A stretch of 64,000 bases of DNA. It comes from Pristiophorus japonicus. Lineage: Eukaryota. Position 1 is the stretch's first letter, and each line of letters opens with the position of its first letter. The notes under the pieces are model-generated. The model searched no databases. It was not told the DNA's origin and was given only the letters and a program-made list of their open reading frames with translations. The stretch covers positions 186,001 to 250,000 of the forward strand of contig NW_027252691.1 of the NCBI RefSeq assembly GCF_044704955.1, written 5' to 3'. Below are positions 51,061 through 62,055 of this stretch, piece by piece. The position numbers and the translations under genes were made by a program.

Positions 51061-53555
51061 GGTTATAATCGAACCATTTCGAGCTGAATCTGTAGGGCGT
51101 GCGCCCGTGTCTTTACCCACTTAAATATTACCCAAACTCCTATGACCAAGGCCAAAGCTATTCCTCCAAACATCGCTGTCTGCTTTACCGTTAGGTTGGG
51201 TTTGTGGACTACACCTACCCACCGTGGGGTACATTGGCTCTATTGCCAGAGGTGATGGTGCTATGGCTGCGCACTGCACTATCCGTCTAGTCCCGTTATC
51301 TCTTCCAGCCCGTTTATCTTAGCTTTTAACTCTTCAATTTGTTTTATTGAATATCTATTTCTTTATTGTATCAGGCAAGTATTATTACATAAGCTAGTTC
51401 TGTTTTTATTTTTGTTTCCTCTGTTAGGTGAGTCTTTTTTTTTCCTATTAAGAAATCCAAATTAATAATGTTCAGTATAAAACGGCTGTCAATGGAAAGG
51501 GTTAACTCCTTTCCAGGTTTGTAAGAAGACCTGATGTCATTACGTGACTTCACGTAATCATCTGGAAAAAAAAAGTCTTTGTGCCTTCAAAACTGGCTTC
51601 GAAATTAGGAATCCGTTAAACAGCATAAATCATTAGAGTAAACTCCAATGTTTTCTTAACTTCTAATTCAAGTACTTGCCAAAGAATTTTTTTTTTTAAT
51701 TGTTTTAAAACAAGACCACACATACAATAGCAATTTTGTTTACTGAAATTCAATTCTGTTTTTTTTTTAAATTTCTCTCTTTCTCCTCGTTATCTTCAAA
51801 ACCCTCCTGCTTGTTTAGACTGTTCGGGACATTTTTGATAAACACTGTCCATTTTGGAAATCTTTTCAAACTGCATTGAAACTTTTTCCTAATTGAAAAT
51901 TCGAATCCATGTAGAGTGTTTTTTTACTTATTCCAATTTTTTTTTCTCTTCTAATTAAACCAATATCTTTTTCACAGCAAACATCAACTAGTATTTAGTA
52001 AGTTATGTCTTTTTCCATTTAGTCCGTTACATCTTTTTTTTTCTTTCTTCAAATTAGGTTTTGTATTTTACACGGAGGGTTCGTAACTCCATAAAGTTGT
52101 TAATTTAAAATCATTTGTTTACTTTCAAAGTGGCGTCTTTATCTTTTTCTTTTTCTCCATAACTGGAATGAAGTCCATCTTTGAGAGTTTGAGTGCTTTT
52201 TCGTTATCTCAAAATGCTCCAGTTTCAAAGTCGTTACTAAAGCTTGCTGTTTTTTTTTTAACATTTTTCAAAAGTTCCTTTTACACCTTCGCAGATAGCT
52301 CGCCACTTGCCCAGGAGTTTGACCTGATCAGATTTAATTTAATCTTTCTCTTTTTTTTAAATCCACCTCAGTATTTCCTGTGCCTTCTCTGAATATCTCA
52401 AAATCCCAATTCAAACGTTGTAATTTCAATCTTTATTTAAAACTTTTTTTTTAGAAGCTCTTTTTTTTTAAGCATTCTTTATCTCATTCCGAGACTAAAT
52501 TTATGTCTTTCAACCCAATCAATCATTGCATGTTTTCTTTCGGCAAGTAAGTGAGCATGTCAAATAAATATTTTGCTCAACAAACCTATTCTTTATTTGT
52601 TTATTTTCCTAGCTCCGTAACTTATCATCCGAATAAATCCACACCTGCGTTTCTAACTTAAATGTCTTAAAACTTCCCACATACAGGACAACATTACAAA
52701 GGGTTTAAAAAAAAGACTTTCACTCTGTTTCTAAAATAAACAGACACTTGCATTCCTCTTCCAACCAGACTTTCGGAACATGAAAACATAAAAAAATTCA
52801 TTCTGCAGTCAAAAATCACACAGACACTTCTCACTCAACGATTTACAACAGTCTCTCTTCTTGTTTTGGCCGGCTCTATTTTTGGATCCATGACCTTTCA
52901 GGGAATTCGTAGTTTTATCTAAATAATTCCTCACATAACTAATTCCTGAGGATTCCACCCTGCTTTAATCATATTTTCAATAAGCTTCTTTTGTTTTTCC
53001 GCCAGGTGGCGGGTAAGCGACCCTTCTGGTCCCCACTCGAGTTTACTTGTTTTCATGGCCATTCCTGGGTAGGACTACTACCGTTAGGAATCTACTCTCA
53101 GAGGTCCGCTTTCTTTCTAGCGCGACTTGTAGTAAACTGTCTCTTGGCTACTGTCAGGTCACAAGTTCTGCTGTTGCACAAACTTATACAATTCTTAAAA
53201 ACGCGTTTAAGCAATTCCCGCAGTGCTCTACATATCCTTAACGACTACCTACCACCGCTCAGCCTGTTGGTCCGACCCTGTTCACAGGTTTGGATTCCGT
53301 TAGCCGCTGTACACCGCTTGGTTCTATCCCGGGGTATTTCAAATTACACTACTGAGTCCGGAAGATGTCTCTCGGTATCACGATCCCACGGTCTAAGTGT
53401 GTTCCCTACGCCTACTTGGTTCCTGGCCGTCACGTGGGACAAAAGTCCTCTTAATTCAGGCTCAGGCTAGGCGTTTGAGATATTAGACCGTCTCCTCATG
53501 TCGATCAACCAGCTTCCACCTTCCGCACCCTTTATACTTAAAAATTGTTTTTTAT

Positions 53556-53564
53556 ACTCACCCG
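53556..53564 (-). promoter_or_regulatory. Putative major splice donor
   Basis: CGG|GTGAGT about 55 nt downstream of the 5' LTR. Confidence 0.6.
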
Positions 53565-53597
53565 GGTTTTTTCCAAGGGCGTCCAGCGACTCCGGGA

Positions 53598-53616
53598 AAT
53601 CCCGTCGACTACGCCA
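53598..53616 (-). promoter_or_regulatory. Primer binding site, tRNA-Ser
   Basis: TGGCGTAGTCGACGGGATT versus TGGCGTAGTCGGCAGGATT expected for the vertebrate tRNA-Ser 3' end; 1 nt from LTR. Confidence 0.85.
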
Positions 53617-53617
53617 T

Positions 53618-54289
53618 TGTTAGCGTTAGTGTTTTCTTAGAAGAATCACTCAACACTCAGGGTCGGTTCCAATGCTGAAGCAGCTTTTATTACGCTCAGC
53701 GGGAAGGAAAAACTCAGGACCGTATCCAGGTTTCTCTTCACAGAACAAAGAGTTACATGTACCTTTATATGTTTCACAACAGTTACAAAACAGTTTACTG
53801 CAGCTACACAGCCCATCACGGCTGGACACAAGCCAATCACAATGATTATAGATTACATATAGGTTATTTTAACCCAATAGAATTCCCCTTATGTCTCAGG
53901 AACCATGTGTTCGTCTTTTGTCAGCTTGGGCTGATTGATATAGGTTCTCTCACTAGTTCTTTCTTCTTGGAGAAATAATTGGTATATAGCCTTGTTTACA
54001 GCAAATGGTTTCCCTCTTATCTTTCTTCCTGAAATAATTGGTTTCATGGCCTTGTTCACAGGAGATGGTTTCCTTCTTATCTCTGTCTTCCCAGGCATTC
54101 CTACAGTGGGCCTCACAGGGTTATTGCTCGGTCAGTGAACGTTCAACAGTTCACAGTTTGACTACCTGATTTCCCATAATGCCTGGGCAGCCATTTTATG
54201 TGTGTGTCCATTTAAGCTTATGTGAGTTTTAAATATCCAGCAGGTGCCTAATGCCTAAGTCTATATATATATTTCTACTCTCTACAACA
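53618..54289 (-). repeat. 5' LTR
   Basis: Same length as 3' LTR; only one difference spotted by eye (CACAAG vs CACTAG). Confidence 0.96.
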
Positions 54290-54505
54290 GGATGTAAAGA
54301 GACTTCACGGGGATATAGACAGGCTAAGTGAGTGGGCAAGAACATGGCAAATGGAATATAATGTGGAAAAATGTGAAGGTATCCACTTTGGTAGAAAAAA
54401 GAGAAAAGCAGAGTATTTTTAAATGGTGAGAGATTGGGAAATGTTGGTGTTCAGAGGGACCTGGGTCCTTGTACACCAATCACTGAAAGTTAACATTCAG
54501 GTACA
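54290..54505 (+). mobile_element. CR1 RT fragment, right half of ERV target
   Basis: DIDRLSEWARTWQMEYNVEKC-type sequence continuing from 48012. Confidence 0.88.
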
Positions 54506-55022
54506 ACAACATCCACAGCGTGTATTTATATAGTGCCGTTAATGTAGTGAAATGTCCCAAGGTGCTTCACAGGAATATCATAAGATAGAAATTTCACACC
54601 GAGCCGCAGAAGTAGAAATTAGCGCAGGTGCTGGGTCACAGAGGGATTTACTAAGGAGCGTCTCGAATGAGGAAAGAGAGGTGGAGAGGTTTAGGGAGGG
54701 TGTTACAGAGCTTAGGGCTCAGGCAACAAAAGGCATGGCCACCCATGGTTGAGTGATGATAAGAACATAAGAAATAGGAGCAGGAGTAGGCCATACGGTC
54801 CCTCGAGCCTGCTCCGCCATTCAATAAGATCATGGCTGATCTGATCATGGACTCAGCTCCACTTCCCTGCCCACTGCCCTTATAATCAGGGAGGCTCAGG
54901 AGGGCAGAATTAGAGGAGTGCAGATATCTCGGGGAGTTGCGGGGCTGCAGGAGATTACAGAGATAGTGGGGGGCGAGGCCATGGAGGGATTTGTAAACAA
55001 GGATGAGGATTTTGAAATCGAG
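54505..55022 (-). mobile_element. L2 LINE 3' portion, interrupted by a reverse CR1 tail at about 54759-54880
   Basis: ATTTATATAGTGCC...CCCAAGGTGCTTCACAGG L2-type terminus; GAGGCCATGGAGGGATTTG..AACAAGGATGAG; CR1 tail ATAAGAACATAAGAAATAGGAGCAGG. Confidence 0.75.
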
Positions 55023-55407
55023 GGTAGCAATAGTAAGGGATTTTAACTATCCAAATATTGACTGGGACAAATATAGTGTGAAGGGTATAGAGGGTGCGGA
55101 ATTCTTGAACTGCATTCAAGAGAACTTTTTTAGTCAGTATGTAGCTAGCCCAACACGGGAGGGGGCGGTCTTGGATTTAGTTTTGGGGAATGAAGCTGGG
55201 CAGGTTGAAGGGGTATTAGTGGGGGAGCATTTGGTGCCAGTGACCATAATTCAGTCAGATTCAATGTTTATTGATAAGGACAAGGATAGGCCTGGAATCA
55301 AAGTCCCAAATTGGGGAAAAGCTAATTTTGCTAAGTTAAGGAGTGATTTGGCCAAAGTGGACTGGAAACAGCTACTTGTGGGTAAATGAGCGTCGGAACA
55401 GTGAGGG
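55022..55407 (+). mobile_element. CR1 endonuclease fragment
   Basis: DFNYPNIDW, PTREGAVLDLVL, SDHN-like, NWGKANF. Confidence 0.85.
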
Positions 55408-56759
55408 GCATAGAAACATAGAAACATAGAAAATAGGTGCAGGAGTAGGCCATTCGGCCCTTCGAGCCTGCACCACCATTCAATAAGATCATGGCTGATC
55501 ATTCACCTCAGTACTCCTTTCCTGCTTTCTCTCCATACCCCTTGATCCCTTTAGCCATAAGGGCCATATCTAACTCCCTTTTGAATATATCTAACAAACT
55601 GGCCTCAACTACTCTCTGTGATAGAGAATTCCACAGGTTCACAATTCTCTGAGTGAAGAAGTTTCTCCTCATCTCAATCCTAAATGGCTTACCCCTTATC
55701 CTTAGACTGTGACCCCTGGTTCTGGACTTCCCCAACATCTGGAACATTCTTCCTGCATCTAACCTGTGCAATCCCGTCAGAATTTTATATGTTTCTATGA
55801 GATCCCCTCTCATTCTTCTAAATTCCAGTGAATATAAGCCTAGCCGATCCAATCTCTCCTCATATGTCAGTCCTGCCATCCTGGGAATCAGTCTGATGAA
55901 CCTTCGCTGCACTCCCTCAATAGCAAGAACGTCCTTCCTCAGATTAGGAGACCAAAACTGAACACAATTCTCAAGGTGAGGCCTCACCAAGGCCCTGTAC
56001 AACTGCAGTAATACCTCCCTGCTCCTATACTCAAATCCCCTCGCTTTGAAGGCCAGCATGCAATTTGCTTTCTTTACCGCCTGCTGTACCTGCATGCCCA
56101 CTTTCAAAGACTGATGTACCATGACACCCAGTTCTCGTTGCACCTCCCCTTTTCCTAATCTGTCACCATTCAGATCATAATCTGCCTTCCTGTTTTTGCC
56201 ACCAATGTGGATAACCTCACATTTATCTACATTATACTGCATCTGCCATGCATTTGCCCACTCACCTAACCTGTCCAAGTCACCCTGCAGCCTCTTAGCA
56301 TCCTCCTCACAGCTCACACCATCACACAGCTTAGTGTCATCTGCAAACTTGGAGATATTACACTCTATTCATTCATCTAAATCATTGATGTATATTGTAA
56401 ATAGCTGGGGTCCCAGCACTGAGCCCTGCGGCACCCCACTGGTCACTACCTGCCATTCTGAAAAGGACCTGTTTATTCCTACTCTTTGCTTCCTGTTTGC
56501 CAACCAGTTCTCTATCCACGTCAGTACATTACCCCCAATACCATGCTAATCTCTTGTGTGGGACCTTGTCAAAAGCCTTTTGAAAGTCCAAATACACCAC
56601 ATGCACTGGTTCGCCCTTATCCACTCTATTGTTACATCCTCAAAAAATTCTAGAAGATTTTCCTTTCATAAATCCATGCTGACTTGGACTGATCCTGTCA
56701 CTGCTTTCCAAATGCGCTGCTATTTCATCTTTAATAATTGATTCCCACATTTTCTCCAC
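55408..56759 (-). mobile_element. CR1 3' part, cut by Gypsy LTR
   Basis: CATAGAAA tail, 269 aa ORF2 C-terminus, RT sequence ending abruptly at LTR. Confidence 0.93.
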
Positions 56760-56830
56760 TATTGTGTATGGAGAAAGAGTCAGACTGAACACTGTGAGCT
56801 CAAAGTAAAGAGTGACCTTAGTCTTTTATT
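56760..56830 (-). repeat. Gypsy 3' LTR, distal part
   Basis: Non-CR1 71 bp ending TTTTATT; joins 61911 via TATT duplication restoring GCAATAAAAGAC on minus. Confidence 0.75.
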
Positions 56831-59800
56831 CGAAACATAGAAATATAGAAAATAGGTGCAAGAGTAGGCCATTCGGCCCTTCGAGCCTGCACCACCATTC
56901 AATGAGTTCATGGCTGAACATGCAACTTCAGTACCCCATTCCTGCTTTCTCGCCATACCCCTTGATCCCCCTAGTAGTAAGGACTACATCTAACTCCTTT
57001 GTGAATATATTTAGTGAATTGGCCTCAACTACTTTCTGTGGTAGAGAATTTCACAGGTTCAACACTCTCTGGATGAAGAAGTTTCTCCTCATCTCGGTCC
57101 TAAATGGCTTACCCCTTATCCTTAGACTGTGACCCCTGGTTCTGGACTTCCCCAACATTGGGAACATTCTTCCTGCATCTAACCTGTCTAAACCCATCAG
57201 AATTTTAAAAGTTTCTGTGAGATCCCCTCTTATTCTTCTGAACTCCAGTGAATACAAGCCCAGTTGATCCAGTCTTTCTTGATATGTCAGTCCCGCCATC
57301 CCGGGAATCAGTCTGGTGAACCTTCGCTGCACTCCCTCAATAGCAAGAATGTCCTTCCTCAAGTTAGGAGACCAAAACTGTACACAATACTCTAGGTGTG
57401 GCCTCACCAAGGCCCTGTACAACTGTAGTAACACCTCCCTGCCCCTGTACTCAAATCCCCTCGCTATGAAGGCCAACATGCCATTTGCTTTCTTAACCGC
57501 CTGCTGTACCTGCATGCCAACCTTCAATGACTGATGTACCATGACACCCAGGTCTCGTTGCACCTCCCCTTTTCCTAATCTGTCACCACTCAGATAATAG
57601 TCTGTCTCTCTGTTTTTACCACCAAAGTGGATAACCTCACATTGATCCATTATACTTCATCTGCCATGCATTTGCCCACTCACCTAACCTATCCAAGTCA
57701 CTCTGCAGCCTCATAGCATCCTCCTCGCAGCTCACACTGCCATCCATCTTAGTGTCATCCGCAAATTTGGAGATACTAGATTTAATCCCCTCGTCTGAAT
57801 CATTAATGTACAATGTAAACAGCTGGGGCCCAGCACAGAACCTTGTGGTACCCCACTAGTCACTGCCTGCCATTCTGAAAAGTACCCATTTACTCCTACT
57901 CTTTGCTTAAACAAAGCGGACTACAGTGGGATGAGGGCAGAGTTAGCTAAAGTAGACTGGGAACACAGACTAAACGGTGGCACAATTGAGGAACAGTGGA
58001 GGACTTTTAAGGAGCCCTTTCATAGTGCTCAACAAAATATATTCCAGTGAAAAAGAAGGGCTGTAAGAGAAGGGATAACCAGCCGTGGATAACCAAGGAA
58101 ATAAAGGAGAGTATCAAATTAAAAACCAATGCGTATAAGGTGGCCAAGGTTAGTGGGAAACTAGAAGATTGGGAAAATTTTAAACGACAGCAAGGAATGA
58201 CTAAAAAAGCAACAAAGAAAGGAAAGATAGATTAGAAAGTAAACTTGCGCAAAACATAAAAACAGATAGTAAAAGCTTTTACTGATATATAAAACGGAAG
58301 AGAGTGACTAAAGTAAATGTTGGTTCCTTAGAAGATGAGAAGGGGGATTTAATAATGGGAAATGTGGAAATGGCTGAGACCTTAAACAATTATTTTGCTT
58401 CGGTCTTCACAGTGGAAGACACAAAAAGCATGCCAAAAATTGCAGGTTACGGGAATGTGGGAAGGGAGGACCTTGAGACAATCACTATCACTAGCGGGGT
58501 AGTGCTGGACAGGATAATGGGACTCAAGGTACACAAGTCCCCTGGTCCTGATGAAATTCATCCCAGGGTATTAAAAGAGATGGCGGAAGTTATCGCAGAT
58601 GCATTTGTTATAATCTACCAAAATTCTCAGGACTCTGGGAAGGTACCAGCGGATTGGAAAGCAGCTAATGTAACACCTCTGTTTAAAAAAGGGGGCAGAC
58701 AAAAGGCAGGTAACTATTGGCCGGTTAGTTTAACATCTGTAGTGGTGAAAATGTTTCAAGCTATCATTAAGGAAGAAATAGCGGGACATCTAGATAGGAA
58801 TAGTGCAATCAAGCAGATGCAACATGGATTCATGAAGGGGAAATCATGTTTAACTAATTTACTGGAATTCTTTGAGGATATAACGAGCATGGTGGATAGA
58901 GGTGTACCGATGGATGTGGTGTATTTAGATTTTCAACAGGCATTCGATAAGATGCCACACAAAAGGTTACTGCAGAAAATAAAGGTACGCGGAGTCAGAG
59001 GAAATGTATTAGCATGGATCGAGAATTGGCTGGCTAACAGAAAGCAGAGAGCCGGGATAAATGGGTCCTTTTCGGGTTGGAAATCGGTGGTTAGTGGTGT
59101 GCCACAGGGATCGGTGCTGGGACCACAACTGTTTACAATATACATAGATGACCTGGAAGAGGGGACAGAGTGTAGTGTAGCAAAATTTGCAGATGACACA
59201 AATATTAGTGGGAAAGCGGGTTGTGTAGAGACACAGAGAGGCTGCAAAGAGATTTAGATAGGTTAAGCGAATGGGCTAAGGTTTGGCAGATGGAATACAA
59301 TGTCGGAAAATGAGAGGTCATCCACCTTGGGAAAAAAAACAATAAAAGGAAATATTATTTGAATGGGGAGAAATTACAACATGCTGCGGTGCAGAGGGAC
59401 CTGGGGGTCCTTGTGCATGAATCCCAAAAAGTTAGTTTGCAGGTGCAGCAGGTAATCAGGAAGGCGAATGGAATGTTGGCCTTCATTGCGAGAGGGATGG
59501 AGTACAAAAGCAGGGAGGTCCTGCTGCAACTGTGCAGGGTATTGGTGAAGCCACACCTGGAGTACTGCGTGCAGTTTTGGTCACCTTACTTAATGAAGGA
59601 TATACTAGCCTTGGAGGGGGTACAGAGACGATTCACTCGGCTGATTCCGGAGATGAGGGGGTTACCTTACGATGATAGATTGAGTAGACTGGGTCTTTAC
59701 TTGTTGGAGTTCAGAAGGATGAGGGTTGATCTTAAAGAAACATTTAAATTAATGAAAAGGATAGACAAGATAGAGGCAGAGAGATTGTTTCCACTGGTCG

Positions 59801-61910
59801 CGGAGACTAGAACTAGGGGGCACAGCCTCAAAATACGGGGGAGTCAATTTAAAACCGAGTTGAGAATGAATTTCTTCTCCCAGAGGGTTGTGAATCTGTG
59901 GAATTCTCTGCCCAAGGAAACAGTTGAGGCTAGCTCATTGAATGCATTCAAATCACAGATGGATAGATTTTTAACCAATAAGGGAATTAAGGGTTATGGG
60001 GAGCGGGCGGGTAAGTGGAGCTGAGTCCACGGCCAGATCAGCCATGATCTTTTTGAATGACGGAGCAGGCTCGAGGGGCTAGATGGCCTACTTATGTTCC
60101 TAATTCTTATGTTCTTATGTTCTTATGTTCCTGTCTGCTAACCAGTTCTCAATCCATGTCAGCACAGTACCCCCAATCCCATGTGCTTTAACTTTGCACA
60201 TTAATCTCTTGTGTAGGACCTTGTCGAAAGCCTTCTGAAAGTCCAAATACACCACTTCAACTGGTTCTCTCTTGTCCACTCCACTGGAAACATCCTCAAA
60301 AAATTTCCCTTTCTCAAATCCATGCTGACTTGGACCTATCATGTCACCTCTTTCCAAATGCGCTGCTATGACATCCTTAATAATTGATTCTACCATTTTA
60401 CCCACTACCGATGTCAGGCTGACCGGTCTATAATTCCCTGTTTTCTCTCTCCCTCCTTTTTTAAAAAATGGGGTTACATTGGCTACCCTCCACTCCATAG
60501 GAACTGATCCAGAGTCAATGGAATGTTGGAAAATGACTGTCAATGCATCCGCTATTTCCAAGGCCACCTCCTTAAGTACTCTGGGATGCAGTCCATCAGG
60601 CCCTGGGGATTTATCGGCCTTCAATCCCATCAATTTCCCCAACACAATTTCCCGACTAATAAGGATTTACCTCAGTTCCTCCTTCTTACTAGACCCTCTG
60701 ACCCCTTTTATATCCGGAAGGTTGTTTGTGTCCTCCTTAGTACTTGTGTCCTCCAAAGTACTTGTTCAATTGGTCTGCCATTTCTTTGTTCCCCGTTATG
60801 ACTTCCCCTGATTCTGACTGCAGGGGACCTATGTTTGTCCTTACTAACCTTTTTCTCTTTACATATCTATCGAAACTTTTGCAATCCGTCTTAATGTTCC
60901 CTGCAAGCTTCTTCTCGTACTCCATTTTCCCTGCCCTAATCAAACCCTTTGTCCTCCTCTGCTGAGTTCTAAATTTCTCCCAGTCCCCGGGTTCACTGCT
61001 ATTTCTGGCCAATTTGTATGCCACTTCCTTGGATTTAATACTATCCCTGATTTCCCTTGATAGCCACGGTTGAGCCACCTTCCCTTTTTTATTTTTACGC
61101 CAGACAGGGATGTACAATTGTTGTAGTTCATCCATGCGGTCTCTGAATGTCTGCCATTGCCCATCCACAGTCAACCCCTTAAGTATCATTCACCAATCTA
61201 TCCTAGCCAATTCACTTCTCATACCTTCAAAGTTAGCCTTCTTTAAGTTCTGGACCATGGTCTCTGAATTAACTGTTTCATTCTCCATCCTAATGCAGAA
61301 TTCCACCTTTTATGGTCACTCTTCCCCAAGGGGCCTCGCACAACGAGATTGCTAATTAATCTTCTCTCATTACACAACACCCAGTCTAAGATGGCCTCCC
61401 CCCTAGTTGGTTCCTCGACATATTGGTCTAGAAAACCATCCCTTATGCACTCCAGGAAATCCTCCTCCACTGTATTGCTTCCAGTTTGGTTAGCCCAATC
61501 TATGTGCATATTAAAGGCACCCATGATAACTGCTGCACCGTTATTGCATGCACCCCTAATTTCCTGTTTGATGCTGTCCCCAACATCACTGCTACTGTTT
61601 GGAGGTCTATACACAACTCCCACTAACGTTTTTTGCCCTTTGGTGTTCTGCAGCTCTACCCATATAGATTCCACATCATCCAAGCTAATGTTCTTCCTAA
61701 CTATTGCATTAATCTCCTCTTTAACCAGCAATGCTACCCCACCTCCTTTTCCTTTTATTCTATCCTTCCTGAATGTTGAATACCCCTGGATGTTGAGTTG
61801 CCAGCCCTGATCATCCTGGAGCCACGTCTCTGTAATCCCAATCACATCATATCTGTTAACATCTATTTGCACAGTTAATTCATCCACCTTATTACAGATA
61901 CTCCTTGCAT
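56831..61910 (-). mobile_element. CR1 (ORF2 from endonuclease start to tail) inserted in the Gypsy LTR; split by another CR1
   Basis: Tail at 56831, RT to 57908, resumes 60130 (CTTTGCTT|CCTGTCTG), APE to 61910; TSD TATT. Confidence 0.92.
57909..60129 (+). mobile_element. CR1 of a different subfamily nested in the previous CR1
   Basis: 317 aa and 221 aa ORF2 pieces; (TTCTTATG)n tail; distinct C-terminus RAGKWS. Confidence 0.95.
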
Positions 61911-62055
61911 TATTGCAGGTCTCCAGAGTGCCTCTCCAACCTGTGAAGCCTCCTTAAATACCTGTGCTCCCAAGGCCTTATGGGATCCCTTGGGACTCCA
62001 GGGGATGAGCCCCCTGGTGGCTGCACAGAGTAAATACAAGTTTACATATATAACA
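61911..62055 (-). repeat. Gypsy 3' LTR, proximal part
   Basis: Begins TGTTATATATG on minus directly after a G-rich PPT (62056-62075); TATTTAA box. Confidence 0.8.

Larger units (their letters stand above)
48013..54289 (-). mobile_element. Young non-autonomous LTR provirus carrying env only
   Basis: Two 672 bp TG...CA LTRs, TSD GGATG (48008-48012, 54290-54294), PBS, PPT, env; no gag/pol motifs in the ORF track. Confidence 0.95.

Noticed and set aside
52991-53470. 159 aa plus-strand ORF as gag or antisense gene
   Set aside because: Antisense to the provirus, non-ATG start, no recognisable motif.
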